DNA of 64,000 nucleotides from a bacterium (GCA_963617485.1 CAVEPA010000007.1:30628-94627), one strand, 5' to 3'; shown: positions 36,650 through 45,948, counted from the stretch's first letter. The notes: a model not told the origin generated them from the letters alone. A program made the numbers and translations.

Positions 36650-38875
36650 ATGACACAAAACGAAATTGACCGACTTTACGGACGCATTTCCGCCCTGCTG
36701 GACGAAAAGCGTTACCGCGAGGCTATGCTGCAGTGTTATTACCTTATCCAGCAAAATGCTGATGCCGTGCTGCAGGAACGTCTCGAAAACCAGGAAAACA
36801 TCTACCGTAATCTTTTGCATTACCGTCTCGAAGGCGTGCAAGACCCGCAGCAGGCAAGCATACTGCAACGTCTGCAGGGCGATGTGCTGCTCATTGCCGA
36901 CTATGCCTATCTGCATTGGTGCCAAAGCTTTTCCAGCCGATGGACTTACGCACAATGGCGCTACCGCCGCATGAATCCGCAGGGCCGGCGCAGCCTCGAT
37001 GACATTGCCAAAACCATCGCCGACAGCCTCGACGAACTGCCTCTTCTCGACCCGCAGAAGAACCCGCAGACCAAGCCTCGCCGCCGCCAGTTGATGCGAC
37101 AGATTTCCGATGCCGAAACGGCCTTTTTTTACGACATACTACTTTCTGAACCCTGGCATAGCGCCGATTTGGAAAGCCATCGCAACTGTTTTGCCGCCCT
37201 TACCGCCAACGGACGCGCCACAGCCGTTTCGGCCTTGCTGCTGAGCCTGCAAGCCCTGTTTGACAAATACAAGCTGAGCTTCCTGATGGAGCTTTGCCAG
37301 TATCCGCAAGACATGGTGGCCATGCGCTCGCTGGCCGCCCTGCTGCTGATATTGTTGCAACACCACCGGCGTGTGCAGGCCAATCCTGCCCTCGCAGCCC
37401 AGCTCTCGCTGCTGCTCGGGCAGGAACAAATGCCCGCCCGCGTGGCCGAAGTCTGCGTGCAGCTCATACGCGCCAAATACAACGACCAGTTGCTGAGCCG
37501 CATGGAAAAAGAACTGCTGCCCGGCATGAACAAGCTGGGCGACAGCCTCAAAGACAAGATGTCGCGTCAGCAGAGTCTCAACCTCGATGCCGACGACCTG
37601 AACGAAATCCTTGCCGACGAAGACTTCAACGAATCCATGCACGAAATCTCCGACTTGCAAAGCGACGGCGAAGACGTGTATATGACCACCTTCGCGCACC
37701 TGAAGACCTACGCTTTCTTTAACGAACTCGCGCACTGGTTCGCGCCCTTCTGGCTGGAACATCCCGACCTCATTACCGATATAGACGATACCGCCACCGA
37801 TACGCTGCGCCATATGCAGCAGCTCGCCGACACCATGCTGCTCTGCGATTCCGACAAATACTCCTTCTGTATCAATATCTTCCGCGTGCCGGCCGAGTAC
37901 CGTTTGCCCATGCTCACCAACTTGGGTGCCGACAGCGAACAGTTCAAGGAAATACTCGAAATGGAGCGCAACGGCAACAAACATCTGGCCAAAGAGTATT
38001 TGAGCAACCTCTATATTCAGGACCTCTACCGTTTTTATAAGCTCTTCCCCTCGAAAAAAGATTTTTATAATCCCTTCGATGCCGAGATGGATTTCTTTGG
38101 CGTAACGGGCTTGGACGAAGTGCTGGCCGGGGAAGCGAGCCAGAACAAGATAGCCTCCATGTTGCTCAACCGTCAGCAGTTTGCGGCGGCCGGGCAAGTG
38201 TACAGCCGGCTCTTGCACGCAGCGGCCGACAACGTCGATTACCGGAGCTCGCTGGCCTGGTGTCTCGAGAAACAAGGCCGGTACGCAACCGCCGGTGTCC
38301 ACTACGAACAGTTGGCTGCGCAAGGCAGCAATACCGAATGGGCTTTGCGCCGTCTGGCCCATTGCTACAAACAACAGGGCCGCTACGACAAGGCGCTGAG
38401 CATCTACCAGCAGCTGGTGGCCCAACACACCGACAATCAGCAGTATCTGCTCTCGCTGGCCCATTGTCAGCTGCAACTCGACAATTACGATGCGGCCCTG
38501 AATACCTATTATAAGATGGATTTCCTCTTCGGCGAATCGTCCAAAACCTGGCGGCCGCTGGCTTGGTGTCTGCTTATGAAAGGCCAGTATCAACAATCGG
38601 AAAAGATTTACGAAAAGCTCTTGGCCGACAAGCCCGACTATGCCGATTATCTCTCTTACGGTCACTTGCAGGCGTCTCAAGGCAAATATCGCCTGGCGGT
38701 GGATGCCTACGAAAAATCTTACAAGACTTCCGGTTTGAGCCTGCAAGAATTCTACAAGAACTTCGAAAAAGACCTGCAACAGATGCCCGTGCTGGGCTTG
38801 GACAACACGCAGCTTGCCCTGCTGGCCGATGCTTTGCGCTATCGTCTCGAAGACAGTCCCTATAAGGCCGATTAA
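36650..38875 (+). CDS. large hypothetical protein with C-terminal tetratricopeptide repeats
   Basis: 741 aa. The last 260 aa or so show 34-residue TPR periodicity (LAWCLEKQGRYATAGVHYEQL, LAHCYKQQGRYDKALSIYQQL, LAHCQLQLDNYDAALNTYYKM, LAWCLLMKGQYQQSEKIYEKL). The N-terminal 480 aa are unassigned and there is no signal peptide. Confidence 0.7.
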   Translation: MTQNEIDRLYGRISALLDEKRYREAMLQCYYLIQQNADAVLQERLENQENIYRNLLHYRLEGVQDPQQASILQRLQGDVLLIADYAYLHWCQSFSSRWTYAQWRYRRMNPQGRRSLDDIAKTIADSLDELPLLDPQKNPQTKPRRRQLMRQISDAETAFFYDILLSEPWHSADLESHRNCFAALTANGRATAVSALLLSLQALFDKYKLSFLMELCQYPQDMVAMRSLAALLLILLQHHRRVQANPALAAQLSLLLGQEQMPARVAEVCVQLIRAKYNDQLLSRMEKELLPGMNKLGDSLKDKMSRQQSLNLDADDLNEILADEDFNESMHEISDLQSDGEDVYMTTFAHLKTYAFFNELAHWFAPFWLEHPDLITDIDDTATDTLRHMQQLADTMLLCDSDKYSFCINIFRVPAEYRLPMLTNLGADSEQFKEILEMERNGNKHLAKEYLSNLYIQDLYRFYKLFPSKKDFYNPFDAEMDFFGVTGLDEVLAGEASQNKIASMLLNRQQFAAAGQVYSRLLHAAADNVDYRSSLAWCLEKQGRYATAGVHYEQLAAQGSNTEWALRRLAHCYKQQGRYDKALSIYQQLVAQHTDNQQYLLSLAHCQLQLDNYDAALNTYYKMDFLFGESSKTWRPLAWCLLMKGQYQQSEKIYEKLLADKPDYADYLSYGHLQASQGKYRLAVDAYEKSYKTSGLSLQEFYKNFEKDLQQMPVLGLDNTQLALLADALRYRLEDSPYKAD

Positions 38876-38876
38876 C

Positions 38877-39743
38877 ATGAATAAAGCCGGGCTGAAATAT
38901 GGAATACTGTTGACAATCGGCCTGCTATGCGCTGTGTTGCCTCTGCTTGCCGCTGGACAAGACTCGCTCGATGCTAACGACGAGGCTATCTTCAACGCGC
39001 ATTGGATACGTCAGGAATACCAGCCTTATACGCTCAGCCGCCAGTCGTATGTGCTGCAGGGTGGGGACACCACCCAAATGGAGCGCCTGCTCTGCCAGGC
39101 CGATGTGCTGGTGTGCGACTCTACTTACAAGGCCTATCGTATGCAGTGGCGATTCTCTGGCATGGCCTGGCAGGGCAGGCACTATCTGCTTTCGCAATGG
39201 GTGGCCTCGCTCCAAGATTTTCGCGTGGAATGCGAAACCTCGCCCGCCGGGGTGCTCAAGGCCATAGATCAAGCCCAGACCTTGCGCGAACATATCAACG
39301 CCAGCATCGATGCCTTTTTTGCCCACCTGGACCAGGTGCCGCCCCTCGACGAGCGCGAACGCCTCTATGCCCTGGGCCGCCAAGTGGAAGACTGGCTCTT
39401 GGCCAGCGTCTACCAATTTTACGAATGCTATGGTTTGGGCTATCGTCTGGGACAGACCGTCCTCGTGCCCGACCAGATAGGCTGGGACGGCAAGACCTTG
39501 CCCGTGACGCGCTACAAAAAGCTGGAGTCGCTCCAAGACGGCATTGCTACGCTCATTACCGCTACCGTTCCCGACACGGTGCTTTACACGGCCGATTCCA
39601 CCCGTATGCAAATGGAACAGACCTCGGCCATGATGATGCATTTGTCCAGCGGCTGGCCTGTGTACAGCTACGAACAGCGTGAATACGGCATCGGCGGCTA
39701 CCAAGAAGGCGTACTTGACGAAATCACACTTAAATACAAGTAA
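38877..39743 (+). CDS. hypothetical secreted protein (288 aa)
   Basis: I place the start at ATG 38877 (MNKAGLKYGILLTIGLLCAVLPLLAAG signal peptide), 1 nt after the TPR gene stop. I recognise no domain. Confidence 0.55.
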   Translation: MNKAGLKYGILLTIGLLCAVLPLLAAGQDSLDANDEAIFNAHWIRQEYQPYTLSRQSYVLQGGDTTQMERLLCQADVLVCDSTYKAYRMQWRFSGMAWQGRHYLLSQWVASLQDFRVECETSPAGVLKAIDQAQTLREHINASIDAFFAHLDQVPPLDERERLYALGRQVEDWLLASVYQFYECYGLGYRLGQTVLVPDQIGWDGKTLPVTRYKKLESLQDGIATLITATVPDTVLYTADSTRMQMEQTSAMMMHLSSGWPVYSYEQREYGIGGYQEGVLDEITLKYK

Positions 39744-39747
39744 AGAT

Positions 39748-40812
39748 ATGAGTTTGAAAATCGAACAATTGCCCTTCGGCAAAATGCCGGACGGCTCGCC
39801 GGTGACGCTGCTGCGCCTGACCAACGAAAACGGCGCGGTGGCCGAAGTGTCCTCTTACGGAGCCACCTTGGCCGGCATCATCATCCCCGACAAAAACGGC
39901 AAGCCCACCCGCGTGGTGAAAGGCTTTCCCAGTGTAGACGGCTATTTGGCCGACCTTGAAATAGGTACCTATCTGGGCGCTACCTGCGGCCGTTATGCCA
40001 ACCGTATCAATCGCGGACATTTTGTCCTTGACGGCGAAGACCATCAGCTCGCCTGCAACAATGGTGACAACCATCTGCATGGTGGCCCCACGGGCTATCA
40101 CAGCAAGAACTGGGCCTTCCAAATCGAAGACGAGAGTGTGCTTTTCAGTCTGACTTCGCCCGATGGCGACGAAGGTTTCCCCGGCAAGTTGCAGATTCAA
40201 GTGCGCTACGGCTGGTCCGACACCAACGAGCTGAGCATTCATTATTGGGCCGTTTGCGACAAGAATACGCCCCTTAACCTTACCAGCCACAGCTATTTCA
40301 ATCTGGCAGGGCAGGGCGATATCCTCGATCATCAGCTGAAGATACATGCCGACAAGTATGTACCCATCTATGCCGATGCCATCCCTACGGGCGAAATCCG
40401 CCTGGTGGAAGGCACGCCCTTCGATTTTCGTCAGCCCAAGGCCATCGGCCGCGACATCAATGCCGACAACCAGCAGTTGAAAAACGGCTGCGGCTACGAC
40501 CATTGCTTTGTTATCAACAAGAAAGAGTTTGGCGATCTGGCCCTGGCTGTAGAAGCGGTGGCTCCCTCGACGGGCTGCTGTCTGAACGTCTGGACTTCGC
40601 TGCCCGGCATACAGTTCTATAGCGGCAACTACCTGCGCAGCGACCTGCCTTCTTGCGACGGCAAGCCACTGGCTTATCGCGAGGCCTTCTGTATGGAACC
40701 CGAATTTTTCCCCGACAGCCCCAACCAGAGCGGTTTCCCCAACTGCATACTGGCCGCCGGCGAAGAATTCGACCAAACCATCATCTATCAATTTTCTACG
40801 ATTAACGACTAA
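39748..40812 (+). CDS. galM: aldose 1-epimerase (galactose mutarotase)
   Basis: I place the start at ATG 39748. Family motifs include GRYANRI, NNGDNHLHGG, HSYFNL and CMEPEFFPDSPN. Confidence 0.9.
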   Translation: MSLKIEQLPFGKMPDGSPVTLLRLTNENGAVAEVSSYGATLAGIIIPDKNGKPTRVVKGFPSVDGYLADLEIGTYLGATCGRYANRINRGHFVLDGEDHQLACNNGDNHLHGGPTGYHSKNWAFQIEDESVLFSLTSPDGDEGFPGKLQIQVRYGWSDTNELSIHYWAVCDKNTPLNLTSHSYFNLAGQGDILDHQLKIHADKYVPIYADAIPTGEIRLVEGTPFDFRQPKAIGRDINADNQQLKNGCGYDHCFVINKKEFGDLALAVEAVAPSTGCCLNVWTSLPGIQFYSGNYLRSDLPSCDGKPLAYREAFCMEPEFFPDSPNQSGFPNCILAAGEEFDQTIIYQFSTIND

Positions 40813-40813
40813 A

Positions 40814-43516
40814 ATGAAAAAGTCCCTATATATAATAGGTATGGCCATGCTGATGGCTGTACCTGCTCCCTTGACGGCCCAAAGCAAGCCCAAGGCCAAA
40901 GTCGACCTCAGTTTCAACCGCAGCAACAACGATGAAATTCTGGAACCCGGCTATATCAACTGGATAGTGCCCACCTCGTACAAGGCCAGCAAAACCATCG
41001 ACGGCGTTACCTTTATCTGGAGTGCTCCCGAGGCCAACGGCTGCCAGTTGCGTGCGGGCTGGAGCAAAAGCTATGTGCAGAAAGCTGAATACAAGGCCAA
41101 GAATGGCCGCCTCACCTTCGACGGTCTGACGCTTGACCCGCGCACTTTTGGCTCTATGACGCTGAGCATTGCCGGACTGCCCGTGGGCAAGCACAGCCTG
41201 CAGACCTACCACAATCTGTGGGAAAACTCGGCCAATTTTTATGCCGCGCCCATTACGGCTACGCTCAACGGCGATACGGTGTATAAGTTTGTGACACCCA
41301 GCTTCGACCAGGCCGAGGCCGCCAATGCCTGCATCATGAGTTTTGATATCAATATTGAGAACGCCGGCGATACCGCACACATCACTTTCAGCACCTCTAC
41401 CGAAAATGTGGGCGAACCTACGGCCGGACAGAAGAACAACTTTGCGCCGCCCTTCTGCAACGGTTTCGAGCTGAATACCGTCAATGTGGCTCTGCAAGCC
41501 AAAGAACCCTATCCCGCCAGCGGCGACGAGCATTTTGATGCCGACAGCGGCAGTGTGCTGATGCATTGGACACCCGCATCGGCCGAAGTGACTCAACACC
41601 TATTATATATAGGTAGCGATTCGCTGCGCGTGGCCCGCATGAAAGATGCTACCGCCACCTTGGCCAAGGGCGACACCAGTTATCTGTTGCAGAACGTCTA
41701 CTCGATGGAAACCTATTATTGGCGCGTGGACGAAGTGGACAGCGAAGGCTATGTCACCACCGGCAAGGTTTGGTATTTCAAGCCCCGCCAGCTGGCCTTC
41801 CCCGGAGCCGAGGGCTATGGCCGTTATGCACAGGGTGGACGTGGCGGTGTGGTTTACCATGTCACCAACTTGAGCGGCGACCGTCAGCCGGGTTCGTTCC
41901 TGTATGGTTTGCTCGACCTGACCGGCCCGCGCACCATTGTGTTCGACGTTTCGGGTATTATCGACCTGGGTTTCAAGTCTATCTTCACGCCCAAGTATGT
42001 GACCATAGCCGGACAGACTGCTCCGGGCAAGGGTATCTGCATCAAGGGTAGCAATATCAATGTGGGTTCCGATAATATCTGCCGCCACATGCGCTTTAAA
42101 CGCGGCTATGGCAATACGGGCAACGCGCTGGGACTTTCCGGCTCCGACCATGCTATCGTAGACCACACCACGGCCGCCTGGGGTACCGATGAAACCGTAT
42201 CGGGCCGCGGTGCCAAGAATGTCAGCTTCCAGTACTCCATCATCGCTGAGGCCTTGGGTATTGCCGACCACAAGAACTATGCCACCGGCACCAACCACGG
42301 CTACGCCGCCACCATCGACGGCAAGATAGGCTCGTGGCACCACAACCTGCTGGTCAACTGCGCCGGCCGTAACTGGAGTATGGGCGGCGGCATGGACGGT
42401 AACAACACCGCCATCGGCCAGATGGATATCTTCAACAACGTGGTGTACAACTGGAACAAGCGCACCACCGACGGCAACTGCCACGAAGTGAACTTTGTGG
42501 GCAACTACTATAAGATGGGCCCCGCCACCAAGCACACGGTGCTCTTTACGCAGAACTACGAAAACATCGGCAGTGCCGAGAGCACCTGGCGTGCCTACAT
42601 TAAGGGCAATATCCGCGAGAACCTGAACGGCACGCTCAGCACCGACCGCCTGGACGATACCTACAACGTGGTGCTGAGCAACGGCGACCCGGGTCCCAAG
42701 TACCAGACGGTGGTAGACCAGCCCTTCTTTGAGTCGTATGCCAAGATACATAGCGCCCAGGATGCCTTCAAGATAGTGCTGAGCGAAGCGGGTGCCACCA
42801 TGCCTATGCGCGACAACCAACACTTGCGCGTGGTAAAGGAAACTTTGAACGGCAGCTACACCTATACAGGTTCCCGCTCGGGTCTTAAGGGCGAAATCGA
42901 CCACGAAAGCGATGCCGGCGGATTCGAGGCTTACCCCGAAGAGCACCGCGACGCCAACTTCGATACCGACCAGGACGGCATGCCCGACTGGTGGGAAGCC
43001 CTGACGGGCAGCGACGCTACGGTGGCCAACCACAACGATGACCCCGACCACGACGGTTGGACACTGCTCGAAGACTACCTGGAATTTATGGCCCATCCTT
43101 ATGTGGTACTGCAACCCAATGCCAAGGATACGGTAGATATGGCACCCTATTTTGTGGGCTTCAGCAAGAAAAGCCCCGTTTACAGCATCGAAGGCAGTAG
43201 CGACAATTGCAGCCTGAAAGTGGATGGCAGCAAGCTCTGCATCGAAGCCGGCAGCCAAAAAGGACTGGCCGTTTTCTACATGAAAGTGACCGACAGCGAA
43301 GGCGCAACACACAGCAAACGACTGAGCGTAGCCTTGACGGGCGATGTTACAGCCCTGCCTTCTGTTTGGAGCGAAGACAATCTCGATGTACAAAAACGCG
43401 AATTTTTTACCCTCGACGGAAAACAAGTTCGCGAATTGCAACCGCAGCAGGTTTACATCATGCGTCTGACCGACAGCCGGCAGCAAACCCAGAGCGTGAA
43501 AATCATCGCCGATTAG
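40814..43516 (+). CDS. secreted pectate lyase (PL1-like beta-helix) with an N-terminal accessory region and a T9SS-type C-terminal tail
   Basis: 900 aa with a signal peptide. The core has AFPGAEGYGRYAQGGRGG..VYHVTNL, TIAGQTAPGKGICIKG and RHMRFKRG, then a DTDQDGMPDWWE motif. The last 50 aa or so (FFTLDGKQVRELQPQQVYIMRLTDSRQQTQSVKIIAD) resemble a Por/T9SS C-terminal sorting domain. Confidence 0.75.
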   Translation: MKKSLYIIGMAMLMAVPAPLTAQSKPKAKVDLSFNRSNNDEILEPGYINWIVPTSYKASKTIDGVTFIWSAPEANGCQLRAGWSKSYVQKAEYKAKNGRLTFDGLTLDPRTFGSMTLSIAGLPVGKHSLQTYHNLWENSANFYAAPITATLNGDTVYKFVTPSFDQAEAANACIMSFDINIENAGDTAHITFSTSTENVGEPTAGQKNNFAPPFCNGFELNTVNVALQAKEPYPASGDEHFDADSGSVLMHWTPASAEVTQHLLYIGSDSLRVARMKDATATLAKGDTSYLLQNVYSMETYYWRVDEVDSEGYVTTGKVWYFKPRQLAFPGAEGYGRYAQGGRGGVVYHVTNLSGDRQPGSFLYGLLDLTGPRTIVFDVSGIIDLGFKSIFTPKYVTIAGQTAPGKGICIKGSNINVGSDNICRHMRFKRGYGNTGNALGLSGSDHAIVDHTTAAWGTDETVSGRGAKNVSFQYSIIAEALGIADHKNYATGTNHGYAATIDGKIGSWHHNLLVNCAGRNWSMGGGMDGNNTAIGQMDIFNNVVYNWNKRTTDGNCHEVNFVGNYYKMGPATKHTVLFTQNYENIGSAESTWRAYIKGNIRENLNGTLSTDRLDDTYNVVLSNGDPGPKYQTVVDQPFFESYAKIHSAQDAFKIVLSEAGATMPMRDNQHLRVVKETLNGSYTYTGSRSGLKGEIDHESDAGGFEAYPEEHRDANFDTDQDGMPDWWEALTGSDATVANHNDDPDHDGWTLLEDYLEFMAHPYVVLQPNAKDTVDMAPYFVGFSKKSPVYSIEGSSDNCSLKVDGSKLCIEAGSQKGLAVFYMKVTDSEGATHSKRLSVALTGDVTALPSVWSEDNLDVQKREFFTLDGKQVRELQPQQVYIMRLTDSRQQTQSVKIIAD

Positions 43517-43560
43517 TGTAAATTGTTGATACTCAACGCCAAGCTGCGAGCCTGAGCGTT

Positions 43561-43610
43561 GCGAAAAGCCGCGTGCGGCCTTGCCCTGCAAGGCCGCACG
43601 CCCTTTTCGC
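43561..43610 (+). terminator. long hairpin downstream of the pectate lyase gene (terminator-like, no T-run)
   Basis: Outer stem gcgaaaag / cttttcgc plus inner 10-bp stem gtgcggcctt / aaggccgcac with loop gccctgc. Confidence 0.5.
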
Positions 43611-43708
43611 ACATCCGCTAAAAACACCTTTTCCCGAATTCGCGAACCTGCTAAATGCAATATTTCGGATAAAAATGCGATTTTTTTTTGAAAAAATTAG
43701 TTCACAAA

Positions 43709-43739
43709 TTTGGTAATCGAAAAAAATGACATAACTTTG
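43709..43739 (+). promoter_or_regulatory. putative promoter of the XRE-family regulator gene
   Basis: TTTG 43709-43712 and taactttg 43732-43739 are separated by 19 nt, and the spacer contains an A7 run. They lie within a roughly 230-bp AT-rich stretch. Confidence 0.4.
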
Positions 43740-43851
43740 CAGCGTCTTTGAAACAAAAATGAAACCGAAACGTCTTATATGCGACAAAGACAAAACAAAA
43801 ACATTAACGAGCTAAACAATAACCACTAAAGAATAGGAGCGAAGACCACCA

Positions 43852-44409
43852 ATGGAAAGTCTTGAGATTACCGAAACAAACCGCAAGGCCCCGCATGTAG
43901 GGGCATATATCAAAGCGGAGCTGGATGCCAAAGGCATGCGGCAAAAAGAGTTAGCCAAGCTAACTGGAATTCAAACCTCAACCTTGAACGACATCATCAA
44001 GGGCAGACGCGACATTACGGCCGAACAATCCATCCTCATTGGCCACGCCCTTGACCTTACCGACAATTATTTTTACAATCTGCAGCAGCAGTACGACATG
44101 GACAAAGCCCGCGAGTCGGAACGTGTTACCATGCAGTTGGACGCCATCACGAACTGGAACGCCCTGAAACATTATGTTTCCGAGAGCTTCTTCGACAAGA
44201 TGGGTCTGCTTGGTTCTGACATTAAGCACAATGTCGATGTCATTTTCGAAGTGTTCGGCGTCAAGAACCTCGACGAGTTCTTCGCCCTTCGCAATCAGGA
44301 AGCCCGCGTGGAAGCCAGCAAGAAAACCAAAAGACAGCCGGCCAGCGAACGGGACCTCTTCTCATGGAAATTCTACGGTAAGTTCCTCACCCGAGACAAG
44401 CGTCATTAA
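43852..44409 (+). CDS. XRE-family helix-turn-helix regulator (HigA/VapI antitoxin-like N-terminal domain) with a C-terminal extension of about 100 aa
   Basis: The N-terminus HVGAYIKAELDAKGMRQKELAKLTGIQTSTLNDIIKGRRDITAEQSILIGHAL matches the HigA-type HTH_3 pattern. No toxin-sized ORF is adjacent. Confidence 0.75.
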   Translation: MESLEITETNRKAPHVGAYIKAELDAKGMRQKELAKLTGIQTSTLNDIIKGRRDITAEQSILIGHALDLTDNYFYNLQQQYDMDKARESERVTMQLDAITNWNALKHYVSESFFDKMGLLGSDIKHNVDVIFEVFGVKNLDEFFALRNQEARVEASKKTKRQPASERDLFSWKFYGKFLTRDKRH

Positions 44410-44492
44410 ACAACCTTTAAAAGCCTGATTTTCTCCTCGAAAAAAACGCCCGAAACCCTCCGCAAATAGCCCAAACTTTTAACAAAAAAGTG

Positions 44493-44524
44493 TTTGGAGA
44501 ATGCATAAATAACCAGTACCTTTG
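44493..44524 (+). promoter_or_regulatory. putative promoter of the pilus-like operon
   Basis: TTTG 44493-44496 and tacctttg 44517-44524 are separated by 20 nt, about 75 nt upstream of the first ATG (44599). Confidence 0.4.
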
Positions 44525-44598
44525 CGGCCGAAAAAAATAAGGGTAAGTCGATAGCGAAAACGGGATAAAAAATCCAACCAGAAAACTCTGTAAATCAG

Positions 44599-45924
44599 AT
44601 GACTAAGACTTTGTTCAACAAGACGGTAATCCTGAAGGCAATCGTGCTGATTTTGACCTTGGGTCTGTCGTTTGAAGCTTGGAGCGCTACCAACGAGACT
44701 TTCGTTGATATCAAGTTCCGCCTCGACGATGCCAGAATCGACACCGCTTATATGGACAACGCCACTGCCATGAACCGCCTGGCCGCAGTTATCGACAGCA
44801 TCGGTCGCGAGAACCTCGTTTCCGTCAAGGCTGTTTCGGTATCATCGCCCGAAGGTCCCTACTGGTACAACAAGCGCTTGTCTATGCGTCGTCAGCAGGC
44901 TGTGCTGGAGTACTTGAACAGAGAATTCCCCGAATACGAAAACCTTATCACCACCGACTGGCGCGCAGAATCTTGGGAAGACTTGGCCACCTTCGTTGCA
45001 GCCGACCAGAACCTGAGCGCCGAAAACATCGAAAAGGTTCTCAAAATTGTCAACTCCACGAAATTTTCCGACAAGCGTAAGAAAGACTTCTACACCTTGG
45101 GTTATCAAGACGGTCTGGGCAATATCTACCGCTACCTTTACAAGAGCTACTATCAGTACCTGCGTTACTCGGGCATCGTAGTCGTAAGCAACGGCAACGT
45201 GGCACTCGCTCCTCTGGCTTGCAACATCAAGCCCCTGCCCACCGACAGCCTGCAAGGCCCGCAGCTTTCCATCCTCGATATCCAGCAGAGCGCAGTGGCC
45301 AGCATCGACGATGCTGACAGCAAGGTTCGCGAACCCATGCTTTCAGTAAAGACCAACATGCTCTACAACGCCTTCTTCTATCCCGGCGTAGGTATGCGTC
45401 CCATCTGGAACGGCACCATCGAGTACTATCCCCGCCACAGCGAACACTGGACCTTCCTGGCCGAAGTGGAAATGCCTTGGTGGTCGAACTACGACGAGCA
45501 GCACTACTGCTTCCAAATTCGCAACTATCAACTCGAAGCAAGGCGTTACTTTGCTTCCGACAGAAAACATAACGGACTCTATCTCTCGGCTTACACCATG
45601 TCTAACCTCTACGACATCTGCCTCGACCTGAACAAGGGACGCGGCCGTCAGGGCGAAGGTTACGGCGCAGGCCTAGGCGTGGGTTACGTACTGCCTATCA
45701 GCAAGAACGGCAGCTGGAAACTCGAATTCCTGCTGAAGGCCGGTTACTATGAATCGCGTTACGATTCTTATCATGCAGGCAGACCTTTCGCAGGCAAGTA
45801 TTACTACGATTGGACTGGCGACGCCGCCGATTTCAAACCCAGAAACTGGCGTCTCAGATGGTTCGGACCTACCGGAGTAGGTATTTCGTTGAGCTATGAT
45901 TTGTTGAGCAGAAAAGTTAAGTAA
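44599..45924 (+). CDS. outer-membrane protein: N-terminal OmpA-like module fused to a C-terminal DUF3575-like beta-barrel
   Basis: 441 aa with a signal peptide. The OmpA-like signature is VSSPEGPYWYNKRLSMRRQQAVLEYL. The C-terminal roughly 200 aa have alternating aromatic/Gly beta-strand patterns ending in GVGISLSYDL, which I associate with DUF3575 proteins at the head of Bacteroidales fimbrial operons. Confidence 0.65.
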   Translation: MTKTLFNKTVILKAIVLILTLGLSFEAWSATNETFVDIKFRLDDARIDTAYMDNATAMNRLAAVIDSIGRENLVSVKAVSVSSPEGPYWYNKRLSMRRQQAVLEYLNREFPEYENLITTDWRAESWEDLATFVAADQNLSAENIEKVLKIVNSTKFSDKRKKDFYTLGYQDGLGNIYRYLYKSYYQYLRYSGIVVVSNGNVALAPLACNIKPLPTDSLQGPQLSILDIQQSAVASIDDADSKVREPMLSVKTNMLYNAFFYPGVGMRPIWNGTIEYYPRHSEHWTFLAEVEMPWWSNYDEQHYCFQIRNYQLEARRYFASDRKHNGLYLSAYTMSNLYDICLDLNKGRGRQGEGYGAGLGVGYVLPISKNGSWKLEFLLKAGYYESRYDSYHAGRPFAGKYYYDWTGDAADFKPRNWRLRWFGPTGVGISLSYDLLSRKVK

Positions 45925-45948
45925 GCGATGATGCGTTTTTGCCAAAAT

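Noticed and set aside
27892-43660. Antisense ORFs 27892-28941 (+), 33436-34629 (-), 35522-36496 (+), 37139-38995 (-), 38925-39824 (-), 39730-40929 (-) and 41603-43660 (-)
   Set aside because: All are opposite confidently assigned genes (GH53, aminotransferase, lepA, the TPR protein, the secreted protein, galM and the PL1 lyase). They are shadow ORFs.
43533-43793. 86-aa minus-strand ORF in the intergenic region before the XRE gene
   Set aside because: It spans the terminator hairpin and an AT-rich promoter region, its composition is implausible, and it has no start context. It is most likely non-coding.
43517-44598. HigB/HigA toxin-antitoxin module, or an invertible (fimS-like) promoter switch for the pilus locus
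   Set aside because: No toxin-sized ORF flanks the HTH gene. I could find no inverted repeats of 10 bp or more bracketing either intergenic region, and no recombinase gene is nearby. By-eye search is limited, so a dedicated inverted-repeat scan would be more decisive.
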